A DNA stretch of 36,785 nucleotides from a virus (taxonomy: Duplodnaviria; Heunggongvirae; Uroviricota; Caudoviricetes): the IMG/VR virus record IMGVR_UViG_3300034072_000647. One strand, written 5' to 3'. The notes under the pieces were generated by a model. The model saw nothing but the letters and a program-made list of their open reading frames with translations, had not been told where the DNA came from and made no database searches. Positions 8,881 to 17,589 of the stretch are shown one piece after another (position 1 is the first letter of the stretch; every line of letters starts with the position of its first letter). The translations under genes were made by a program, and so were the position numbers.

Positions 8881-9795
8881 ATGCCTTTTTATAATTTTAA
8901 ACAAAAGACAAAATTGTACCTAGTGTATGCTGGTAATCAATACTCTGTAGATATATATCCAGACGTATCTTTCTCCCAGACTTTCAATGAAACGCCAATA
9001 GAAGTAAAAACGCTGCACAATCAATATAATATGTTCGATAAAGCCACGATTACTAGAGCTAATCCGGCTAATTTTAACTTCACTATACCATTGTTAAGAC
9101 AATCGGATCTTAAAGTTATATTCGATTTATTAATTGATTATGATACAACTAATACTGAAGTAACTTTGAAAAGGTTCGATTTATACTTCAAATTAGATAC
9201 AGTTACGTATGCTATTAATAATTGCGTGATTGAATCTGGCGTCTTCCAAATAGTTAAAGATAGATTTATATCTTTAGCTGTTTCTGGTTCTGGTAGTAAG
9301 CTATATGAATTTACTGGTACTATTCCAGGAGTAGTGATTGCTAGATCTAGTTCTAGTACGTATGTAGCCCCTAACGCTATGAGTATTCAGGTAAATTCCA
9401 TAACTCAAGCCTACGTAACGGCAGTTTCGTTAGAGGTTTCCAATAGTGTACAATGGTTAGATTACGACACCCTGCATAAAAGCTTATCCATTACGGACGT
9501 CTCGGGAACTATGTATCCTGAGACTTTTGTTGTGTCTAAAAGAAACGTATCAGGCTCCATACAGAAATATATCACAGATGATAATAATTCCACGGTCAAC
9601 AGTTGGGCCGTAGATGTACCTCTAAGAATAAGAGTAGGCGCTTCTAGCTCCGCTTATTTATTAGATTTTAACCTCCCTACTGTCGTCTACACGAATAGGC
9701 TAGACGTTCAGGATATTTACATACAGAGCTTTGATTTTAGATTAACGTCAAGCCCTACTAGCCTATCGACTATTATAAGTTTAAATACTATTTAA
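8881..9795 (+). CDS. Baseplate/minor tail tube protein (T5 p140-like)
   Basis: ATG 8881 has AGGA upstream; the ORF-track TTG at 8848 lies inside the hairpin. Tube-like SFSQTF and NPANF.F motifs; synteny. Confidence 0.7.
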   Translation: MPFYNFKQKTKLYLVYAGNQYSVDIYPDVSFSQTFNETPIEVKTLHNQYNMFDKATITRANPANFNFTIPLLRQSDLKVIFDLLIDYDTTNTEVTLKRFDLYFKLDTVTYAINNCVIESGVFQIVKDRFISLAVSGSGSKLYEFTGTIPGVVIARSSSSTYVAPNAMSIQVNSITQAYVTAVSLEVSNSVQWLDYDTLHKSLSITDVSGTMYPETFVVSKRNVSGSIQKYITDDNNSTVNSWAVDVPLRIRVGASSSAYLLDFNLPTVVYTNRLDVQDIYIQSFDFRLTSSPTSLSTIISLNTI

Positions 9796-9804
9796 GGAGT
9801 AATA

Positions 9805-10251
9805 ATGAATTTAAAGAATCTTATGGTTGACACCAAGTCCGCTTGGGTAGATTTTCCTGGTATGGAAGGTTTCGAGGTCGAACTGGTTAACCTAGGTAGA
9901 GACCGTCTAGTATCCCTTCGTAAGGAATGCACTTACACAAAGGTAGATAGAAAGACCAGAGTCCCGTATGAGACGCTAGACGAGAAAAAGTTTGTTCGAG
10001 CTTTCACGGATGCTACGATTACAAACTGGAAAGGTCTTAAATTAAAGTATCTTGAAGAGCTCATGCTTGTAGACCTTACTGGTCAAGACCCGGAAGCCGT
10101 TCTGGACTATGATCAGGAAAACGCCCATCTTCTAGTATCTAACTCTTCTGAGTTTGATACCTGGTTGAACGAGGAGGTCTTTAACTTAGATAACTTTCGT
10201 ACAGGACCAAAAGGAAGAAGCGTGGAAGCGTCTGGAGAGGTGGCAGAATAA
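9805..10251 (+). CDS. Tail assembly chaperone (gpG-like, T5 p139 position)
   Basis: SD AAGGAG; acidic 148-aa protein between the tube genes and the tape measure gene; ends in ...LDNFR... Confidence 0.75.
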   Translation: MNLKNLMVDTKSAWVDFPGMEGFEVELVNLGRDRLVSLRKECTYTKVDRKTRVPYETLDEKKFVRAFTDATITNWKGLKLKYLEELMLVDLTGQDPEAVLDYDQENAHLLVSNSSEFDTWLNEEVFNLDNFRTGPKGRSVEASGEVAE

Positions 10252-10597
10252 CACTGAATCGGGCATGACGTATGAGAAATACATGCGCATGTGTGAGCAG
10301 TTGAATGAAGAGCCAAACCCGGATAAGATTCCACCGGAATTATCCGATCTTCCGGATGATATGCAGAAAGCGATTGTAGTATTTAACAAATTAGGGGATA
10401 GGCTTGTAGCAGATATTGGTTATCTGGGAAAAGACTATTCCCCTCTTCAAGTCCATATGGACGTAATGAAGGTACAAGATAAAGAAATGTTCCTAGAGAC
10501 TATGCTTAGACTAGATAGCAGAGTTATCGAAAAGTCCCGAGAAGCAGTAGCTAGGAAGCGAAAAGAAATGGAATCACAGGCTAAACGAGGAGCCTAA
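10190..10597 (+). CDS. Second tail chaperone frame (gpT-like), probably reached by +1 frameshift at TTT-CGT (10195-10200)
   Basis: The +1 frame is open from 10190 (after TAG at 10187) to TAA at 10595-10597; ATG 10265 has no clear SD. Confidence 0.6.
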   Translation: MTFVQDQKEEAWKRLERWQNNTESGMTYEKYMRMCEQLNEEPNPDKIPPELSDLPDDMQKAIVVFNKLGDRLVADIGYLGKDYSPLQVHMDVMKVQDKEMFLETMLRLDSRVIEKSREAVARKRKEMESQAKRGA

Positions 10598-10620
10598 GAC
10601 CTTTTGGTTGGTCTCATATT

Positions 10621-13600
10621 ATGGCACAAAATAAAGTAACTTTTGAGGTAATAGTAACCGACAAAGGTACGCAAAAAATAGTAATAAAAGATCTTGAAGC
10701 TCTTGGTGATAGCGTCGAGAGAGTAAAGAAGCGCCAGAAGGATGCAGACAAAACCGGTAAAGAGTTCTTTGACACTCAGAAGAAGGGTGTTATTGGAACT
10801 GCCAACTCTACTAAGAGTTTCTCGAAGTTAGCCGAAACTTTAGGCAGCGGTTCGGGAGGCGTTGTTGGGGCGTATGCTACGCTTGCAGCTAACGTCTTCG
10901 CGGTAACTGCTGCCTTTAATGCTTTAAGGCAGGCTTCACAGGTAGAGCAGGTTTTCAGAGGCTTAGAAGCTGCCGGAGCTAGAACTGGGCAGACTCTGTC
11001 TATTGTAGCCGAAAACCTAAAGACCGTTACCGGTAATGCTATTAGTACTGAGCAAGCGTTACGTTCAACCGCTCAGATTGCATCCGCCGGATTCGGCGCA
11101 AAAGAAATTGAGGCTTTAGGTAAAGCTGCGAGAGATACTTCGTTCGCGCTGGGTCGCAATCTAACAGATTCCCTAGATCGTTTGACCAGAGGTGTCGTTA
11201 AGCTAGAGCCAGAACTATTAGACGAACTTGGTATTATGACCAAGATTAATGAGTCTAATACTAAGTATGCAGCTGTTCTAAATAAGAACGTATCTCAGTT
11301 GAGTAACTTTGAAAAGCGTCAAGGTTTCTTAAATGCTGTTCTTGACGAAGCTAATCTTAAGTTTGGAGGATTATCTGAAAGCGCTGGTAATAGTACAGCG
11401 TACGATAAGCTGGCGTCTAATTTCAGCGACTTAACTAATACTATTCTTAACTTTATTAATGTAGCGGCAAAACCTTTAGCAGGTATTCTGGGGTCTTCCC
11501 AGGGAGCCTTAGCGGGAGCTGCTGTATTATTTGCTGCAGGAATTTCTAAACAACTTCTACCTGGCTTAGCCAATCTTTCCAAGAAATCTCTAGAGACTGC
11601 GGCAGCCTCTAAAGAGCAAGCCAAGCAAGCTCGTGCAGCAGCCACCGCAGAGTTGGCTAAGGCTAAAGCCGCTGGGCAGGCGGCAATAGATGCCGCTAGA
11701 AGTAAAGTATCGGCAGTTCCTAAAGGTCCGAAAGCGTTCAACGATACAGCAGAATCTATAGCCAAGGGCACGGCCTCTGTGCAAGAACAAGATCGCGCTT
11801 ACTCCGCTCTCAATAGATCCATTAATACGCACCAAAAACAGCTAGATAAAATGGATGCATCGGATACGGCCAATATAGCTAGAAAAAATGCAATTATAGA
11901 TCAATTAAAAGCACAGCGAGATGCTATAGATCGAGTAAGAACGGCTGAAATAGAATCAGCCAATACTACTTTCAGAGCTACTGCAGACGCGCAGGCCGCG
12001 GAACAGAGAGCTTTGGCTGCTTCTCAAAAGTCTAAGGCAGCTGATAGAGCAGCTAACGCCACTATCTATGCTTCCCAACTCCAAATCTCTAGCGCATACA
12101 AAAATATAGCTAGTGCTATAGCTTCTTACTCTAGATCGGAGAAAACCGCTAACAACGGAGCAATATCCCGTTTAGGGGCTTTACGTGTTGCAGCATTCGC
12201 AGCGTCCGTAAGTATAAGGGCTATAGGAGCCGCTTTCCTAGCTGCTATACCAATAGTCGGTCAGATAATGTTAGCTGTTGGCTTACTTACTACCGCTTGG
12301 GACGCTTTGAAAAGTGACAAGGTTAAAGCACAAGAAAAAGCCTTAGAAGATTTCTTGGAGGTTATTCGCACCGTTGCCAAGTCCCAGTCAGAATACAATA
12401 AGATCCAACTATCTACAGCTTCTGAGTCTCTTAGAGCTCAGCAGGCTATAACTATTCAGTCCAATAGCGTGCAGGAAATTGTAGACGCATACAATGCAGC
12501 TACAAAAGCTCAGTCTGATTTTATTAAGCAGTCTGGAGAGTCTTCTAGCGTAGCCACCTTCTGGGAATCGTTCACTGATAAGCGCAGTCTAGTTAGCTAC
12601 AGAACTGGTATAGCTCAGAATTCCAAGGTACTGAACCTATTCCAGAAAGACCTAGAAAACGTATCTACTTGGAAATTTAGGTCTCTTACTGATGAACTAA
12701 AGCCTTCTATGCTAGCTTTAGATAACTTAGCAAAGAGTGCGCCAGAAGCTACTGAAGAAGTTATTAACTTACATGGTGGTTTCAAAACCATAGAGAGTCT
12801 ACGAACAGATAAAAAACTTCAGGTAATCTCACAGGCAATCAATGAGATCAATCAGAGAAGCGGTCCAGCCGCCGAAATGGTAAAGGATCTAGTAGAAGCC
12901 TTAAAGGAAGCCGATCAGGCTGCTGGTGAGTTTTTCCGAGGAGCAGTTCAAACCACCTCTTACGATAAACTAGCTCTCACCATAGATCAGGTAGTCAACT
13001 CTATCAACGCGTTCGAACTATCGGTAGCGAAAGGATCTCAGGTAAGCAAGGATTGGGAAGCTATCTTAAAGGGTATTGGACCAAATATCGGTAGGTTACT
13101 AAGTCCAGACTCCGCTAAATTAATAGAGCAGAGTAACAGATTAGACGCTATAATCCAGAACTATAAAAGCATGGTTGGCATGGGTAAGGAGCTATCTATA
13201 CAAGAAAAGGCTCAGCTCGCAAATGCACAAGACCAGAAAAAGATCCTGGAGCAACGAGCTGGTATAATTTCTGCTGATATTAAGAAAGCTCAAGAAATGG
13301 TCGATCTCGCTCAGCGAACCGAACGATCAATCAAAGCCCAGCTAACTCTAGCGCAGGCTAGACTGACTGCTAACCAAGCCAACTATCAGGTAACAGCTCA
13401 AGGTGAAGGAGCTAGAATAACTGCTGAAAATAAGATTAAGGATCTTCAGATTCAGAGCCTAAAAACTCAGCAGGCTATCGTTAACGCATCCCTGGCACAG
13501 CAACGCGCCAAGCTTACCCAGCTAGAAATAGAAAGTAAGATAACCGAAGAGCTCAAAAAGCAAGGTACTGAGCAATTAAAGAACAACATAGAGACCGCAA

Positions 13601-16600
13601 GAGCAGCACTAGACTCTGCGAATAGAGATGCTGCCGAAAGAAAGATTAATCTTGCTATGAAGGATTATATAGCCGTTCGTCGCGCTATGTCTGCAGATGA
13701 TCTAGCAGTTGTTCAGCGAGTGGAAGCTGCCGATAAGGCCTTGACTGAAGCTACTAAACGATACGCTGACCTAGAACAGTTTAAGGGTATCGAGAAAGAA
13801 ATCGCGGCACTAGAGGATGCTTCTAAGTCTTTAGCCAACGAAATCGCTGCTATATTTGAGAGCAAAATAACTCCGGCAGAGAAATTAGCGGCTATGGCGT
13901 CCAAGGAAGTAGAAATTCAAAGCGCTAGATTAGCTACTTTAGCTGCTCAGAGAAATACGGCGGAAGAGATTAATCAGGAATACCTAAAGCAATCAGCAAT
14001 GATTTCTGGTAGAACTGATACTCTAAAGGAACAGTTGAGAATACTAACTGCTACTTACGCCTTAGATAAGAAGCACTCGGACGAGGATTATGCTTCTAAG
14101 AGAGCCGCATTGCAGGATAAACTGCGTGTAGCAGATGCTGCTTCGGCGCGCGCTCAGACTCAGGAAGATAAAACCGCTAACCAGGCTCTGAAAGACTACT
14201 ATGCTCAAGAGCTATCTCTGTTAGATCAAGGCTATAAACTAGATCAGCAGAGGCTTGAAGTTATGTATCAAACTGCTACTTTAGAAAAAGTTCTATTTGA
14301 TACAAGAAAAGAAGGTCTGGAGTGGCAGCAAACCTCTTTAGAGTATCTAAGCAAGGCAAGAGACGCACAGAAGTCATTAGTAGAAGCTACAAATGATCAA
14401 ATCGCAGCACAAACTAAGTTGAATCTCAAGAAGAGAGGCTTGGAATTAAGCGATGAAGGTCAGCAAGCTATAGAAATACGAGCTGCTGCTGCAGCCTATA
14501 AGCTAGCAGTAGAAGAGGTAAACATCAAGAAAGGCCTAATAGACCTAGAATATGCTTTACTAGATGCTCAAAGACAGCAGCTTAAGGAAGAGTTAACCCA
14601 AAGAAGAGACAGGCTAGTAGAGCTTAACAAGGATGGGGTATTTAATAGTAGGATAGCTCAGCTAAATACTACTATTGATAGAATAACTACCGTAGATACT
14701 GGCTCAATCGCCGAGAGTCTAAAGAAGGCTTTAGACGTTAATCTTTCTACACAAGAAGCAGAACTTCGCGCCTTAATGCTGCCTGTGGTGAAAGGTAATA
14801 ACTCTATCATATCTTTCATGGAGGGTATAAGGGCCAGAAGAAATGCTAGAGAAGAGGCCAGAGACGCTCTTAATACTAAGCCCAGGGCTGTTGAGAGAAT
14901 TGCAAAGGCGGATAATCTTTCAGACAAAAATCCAGCACTTGATAAGGCTACACAGCAAACTCAAGAATTAGTATTAAGTAATACAAATCTTATTACTGCT
15001 ATCAATGACTGGATTTCTGCCATCCAAAAGCAGATAGATACTACATCATCTTCCCAGGTTCTCAATGCCAGCGTGCAGAAAAGTGCTAAGGAAGCTATGG
15101 AATTCTTTATAAAGCAGGGCTGGACTGCTGCTCAAGCAGCAGGAATTGTAGGAAATCTACAACAAGAGTCCGGCAAGAATCTAAATACTAGAGCTGATAA
15201 TGGCAAGCATGTAGGTATAGCTCAGTGGGACCCTGCTAGAGCCGCTGCTTTTGCCAAGATGTTCGGCAAAGAAGTAAAGGATGCTACGCTGCAAGAGCAG
15301 TTAAAGTTCATACAATATGAGCTTGAAACTACCCATAAGACAGCCGCCGTACTATTAAAGGCATCTACCAGCGCCGAAGAAGCGGCAAAGGCATTCGAGA
15401 AGAGATACGAAATAGCGGGAGGCCCTAGCGCTGCTGGTTATCAGAATCGAATCAACAATGCTAAAGCTTTAGTATCTGCGGCACCAGTAACTACTCCAAT
15501 AAAGCCAACTATAACTAGAGATACGATTCAATCCGCTGTTACTGCGGCTGCCTCAAATGATAACGATCCTATAGTCGTTAACGCTGGGCTTAATTATGAT
15601 CCAACTCTAGGTAACTTAGAGGGTATTATTCCTAAGATAGGAATTCCTCCAATTATAGTACCAGTCGAGATAGATTGGCGCAGGAACAGAAGCTTCGATG
15701 GAGCCCAAGACTTCTTAGATACCTTCGACCAGCTAACTTCAGGTATAAAGGACAAAATGTCTGAACTTGGACCTGAGGGAGAAGTACTATCTTCAGTTAT
15801 TACTGGAATAAGCTCAATTGGTAACGCCTCTCTAGACGCCTTGAGAGTCTTCGACTCTTCTACCTCGACTATGGCAGATAAAATATCTGCAGTAGCTACG
15901 GTAATGAACTCCGCTCTTTCAACTATTCAATCTGTAGTTTCTGCAGCAGCAGATGCTAAGATTACGAATATTGATAGAGAGATCGCGGCAGAGCAGAAGA
16001 GAGACGGTAAAAGTGCAGAAAGTCTTGCTAAGATTCAATCTCTTGAGAAGAAGAAGGACGAAATAGCTAAAAAGCAGTTCAATACCAATAAGAAGCTGAT
16101 GATGGCTCAGGCCGTTATTTCAACTGCTGCTGGTGTTGCTCAGGCTCTAAGCTATGGCCCTATAGCAGGACCTATTCTGGCCGCTCTTATAGCTGCTATG
16201 GGTGCCGCTCAGATTGCTATCATTTCTGGCACTAGTTACCAAAGCACAGCCAATGCAGCATCTACTGCCTCCACTAACTCTAGCCTAACTATTGGTAAGA
16301 GAGGTGAAAGCGTAGATCTTGCTAAGTCTAATAACAATCTTGGGGGCGAGTTAGGTTATATAAGAGGTCAATCCGGTTATGGTAATAACTCTTCTAACTA
16401 CGCTCTTGTAGGTTCCGCTTACGGCGGTGACTTACCAAGAGGTTACGGCAATACCGCCTACATGGTAGGCGAAAAGGGCCCTGAAATTCTTACACCAGAA
16501 ACACCCGTAAGTATCACTCCAGTGAATGATAATCAGAAGTCTTCACCAATCAGTGCAGAGATTAACATTCACGCAATAGATGCTAAGGGTATGGAAGGAG

Positions 16601-16725
16601 TACTAAGGGACCAGAGAGGTAATATTATTTCAATGTTGAGAGAAGCTGCCAACTCTAATGGCCAGCGTTTCCTAGAAGATGTAGACGTAAATGTCTATAC
16701 TAGACCAAATGTAGGTAGATTATAA
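10621..16725 (+). CDS. Tape measure protein with an internal phage-tail-lysozyme-like domain
   Basis: 2034 aa, helical and Ala-rich, with hydrophobic segments; AAGIVGNLQQESG...GIAQW at ~15091-15470; C-terminal VGEKGPE motif. Confidence 0.92.
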   Translation: MAQNKVTFEVIVTDKGTQKIVIKDLEALGDSVERVKKRQKDADKTGKEFFDTQKKGVIGTANSTKSFSKLAETLGSGSGGVVGAYATLAANVFAVTAAFNALRQASQVEQVFRGLEAAGARTGQTLSIVAENLKTVTGNAISTEQALRSTAQIASAGFGAKEIEALGKAARDTSFALGRNLTDSLDRLTRGVVKLEPELLDELGIMTKINESNTKYAAVLNKNVSQLSNFEKRQGFLNAVLDEANLKFGGLSESAGNSTAYDKLASNFSDLTNTILNFINVAAKPLAGILGSSQGALAGAAVLFAAGISKQLLPGLANLSKKSLETAAASKEQAKQARAAATAELAKAKAAGQAAIDAARSKVSAVPKGPKAFNDTAESIAKGTASVQEQDRAYSALNRSINTHQKQLDKMDASDTANIARKNAIIDQLKAQRDAIDRVRTAEIESANTTFRATADAQAAEQRALAASQKSKAADRAANATIYASQLQISSAYKNIASAIASYSRSEKTANNGAISRLGALRVAAFAASVSIRAIGAAFLAAIPIVGQIMLAVGLLTTAWDALKSDKVKAQEKALEDFLEVIRTVAKSQSEYNKIQLSTASESLRAQQAITIQSNSVQEIVDAYNAATKAQSDFIKQSGESSSVATFWESFTDKRSLVSYRTGIAQNSKVLNLFQKDLENVSTWKFRSLTDELKPSMLALDNLAKSAPEATEEVINLHGGFKTIESLRTDKKLQVISQAINEINQRSGPAAEMVKDLVEALKEADQAAGEFFRGAVQTTSYDKLALTIDQVVNSINAFELSVAKGSQVSKDWEAILKGIGPNIGRLLSPDSAKLIEQSNRLDAIIQNYKSMVGMGKELSIQEKAQLANAQDQKKILEQRAGIISADIKKAQEMVDLAQRTERSIKAQLTLAQARLTANQANYQVTAQGEGARITAENKIKDLQIQSLKTQQAIVNASLAQQRAKLTQLEIESKITEELKKQGTEQLKNNIETARAALDSANRDAAERKINLAMKDYIAVRRAMSADDLAVVQRVEAADKALTEATKRYADLEQFKGIEKEIAALEDASKSLANEIAAIFESKITPAEKLAAMASKEVEIQSARLATLAAQRNTAEEINQEYLKQSAMISGRTDTLKEQLRILTATYALDKKHSDEDYASKRAALQDKLRVADAASARAQTQEDKTANQALKDYYAQELSLLDQGYKLDQQRLEVMYQTATLEKVLFDTRKEGLEWQQTSLEYLSKARDAQKSLVEATNDQIAAQTKLNLKKRGLELSDEGQQAIEIRAAAAAYKLAVEEVNIKKGLIDLEYALLDAQRQQLKEELTQRRDRLVELNKDGVFNSRIAQLNTTIDRITTVDTGSIAESLKKALDVNLSTQEAELRALMLPVVKGNNSIISFMEGIRARRNAREEARDALNTKPRAVERIAKADNLSDKNPALDKATQQTQELVLSNTNLITAINDWISAIQKQIDTTSSSQVLNASVQKSAKEAMEFFIKQGWTAAQAAGIVGNLQQESGKNLNTRADNGKHVGIAQWDPARAAAFAKMFGKEVKDATLQEQLKFIQYELETTHKTAAVLLKASTSAEEAAKAFEKRYEIAGGPSAAGYQNRINNAKALVSAAPVTTPIKPTITRDTIQSAVTAAASNDNDPIVVNAGLNYDPTLGNLEGIIPKIGIPPIIVPVEIDWRRNRSFDGAQDFLDTFDQLTSGIKDKMSELGPEGEVLSSVITGISSIGNASLDALRVFDSSTSTMADKISAVATVMNSALSTIQSVVSAAADAKITNIDREIAAEQKRDGKSAESLAKIQSLEKKKDEIAKKQFNTNKKLMMAQAVISTAAGVAQALSYGPIAGPILAALIAAMGAAQIAIISGTSYQSTANAASTASTNSSLTIGKRGESVDLAKSNNNLGGELGYIRGQSGYGNNSSNYALVGSAYGGDLPRGYGNTAYMVGEKGPEILTPETPVSITPVNDNQKSSPISAEINIHAIDAKGMEGVLRDQRGNIISMLREAANSNGQRFLEDVDVNVYTRPNVGRL

Positions 16726-17456
16726 TGGCAACTTTTAACTCATTCAGTGATATTCTTCCTGATCCTATTTATAAGATAACTGATGCGGGAAGTCTGGACC
16801 AAACAAGCGGAAGCGCTGGTCCAGGCTTCGCCTCCATGAGACTACGCTCAGTTAAAGAATCTCAGGTGAGCAGAACAAAGAGTGGTAGGGGTATTCACAG
16901 AGGGCCAGACTCTCAGAACTGGGAAATAGATATTACGTATCATCAGATGCTAAGATCTCAGTTCGACCCCGTAGACGCGTTCCTACTTTCTAGGGGGCGT
17001 CTACTACCATTCTTCGTAGTGCTGCCTCAGCACTCTAAACCTAAAGATCCCGTATTTGCAGCGTATGCTGCTGCTAATTCTATAACTGTAAATGGTGCAC
17101 ATAATGCAGGTTCTTCTGTTCTTAACATTAAATCTGCTACCACTATTTCAGGAGATCCTAAGCCTAAAGATTTGATTACTATATCAGATCCTGCCAATGC
17201 TAATCACCTGAAGGCCTACATGATAACCAGAGTGGAAACCGCAGCTTTATATCAAGCAGGTACAACAGCTCCTACTACGGCACAGAGGCGCATACATATC
17301 AGCCCTCCGTTAGAGAGGAATACAGCCGATAATTCAGTTGTAAATTTTATCAGCCCGAAAATCAGAGTTATACCTAAAGGTGATGTACAGGAGTATGATC
17401 TTAATACAGATAATTTGTATAATTTCTCATTGTCACTAGAAGAGATCCAACCATAA
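16725..17456 (+). CDS. Distal tail protein (T5 pb9-like)
   Basis: 243 aa after the tape measure gene (TAATG overlap); GPGFASM, W.IDITY, F.V.LPQ, NL..FSLSLEE motifs. Confidence 0.75.
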   Translation: MATFNSFSDILPDPIYKITDAGSLDQTSGSAGPGFASMRLRSVKESQVSRTKSGRGIHRGPDSQNWEIDITYHQMLRSQFDPVDAFLLSRGRLLPFFVVLPQHSKPKDPVFAAYAAANSITVNGAHNAGSSVLNIKSATTISGDPKPKDLITISDPANANHLKAYMITRVETAALYQAGTTAPTTAQRRIHISPPLERNTADNSVVNFISPKIRVIPKGDVQEYDLNTDNLYNFSLSLEEIQP

Positions 17457-17476
17457 ATGCTCCGAAAAAATTTAGC

Positions 17477-17505
17477 TTGACTTTTCTTGGGGTCGATGTT
17501 ATAAT
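17477..17505 (+). promoter_or_regulatory. Near-consensus sigma70 promoter P3: TTGACT-N17-TATAAT with extended -10 (TGn)
   Basis: -35 at 17477-17482, TG at 17497-17498, -10 at 17500-17505, A-tract upstream; predicted +1 at 17512. Confidence 0.88.
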
Positions 17506-17511
17506 TGCAGC

Positions 17512-17586
17512 ATGACTTTGGCTAATAACACAATTTTTAAGAATACTTATACCCGTCTTTTGGCGGGTATTTTTGTTGGGATTTAA
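17512..17586 (+). CDS. Candidate leaderless 24-aa upstream ORF (MTLANNTIFKNTYTRLLAGIFVGI)
   Basis: ATG coincides with the predicted +1 of P3; frame runs through the terminator and stops 3 nt before the hub gene. Not in the ORF track. Confidence 0.4.
   Translation: MTLANNTIFKNTYTRLLAGIFVGI
17549..17577 (+). terminator. Intrinsic terminator between P3 and the hub gene
   Basis: ATACCCGTC-TTTT-GGCGGGTAT (9 bp, one G.U pair) followed by TTTTGTT. Confidence 0.75.
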
Positions 17587-17589
17587 GTT

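Noticed and set aside
1932-14927. Minus-strand ORFs of 60-150 aa opposite the portal, capsid, tube and TMP genes, and the +-strand 225-aa ORF at 4626-5303
   Set aside because: Overlap well-supported genes; Ser/Leu-rich composition typical of off-frame reads.
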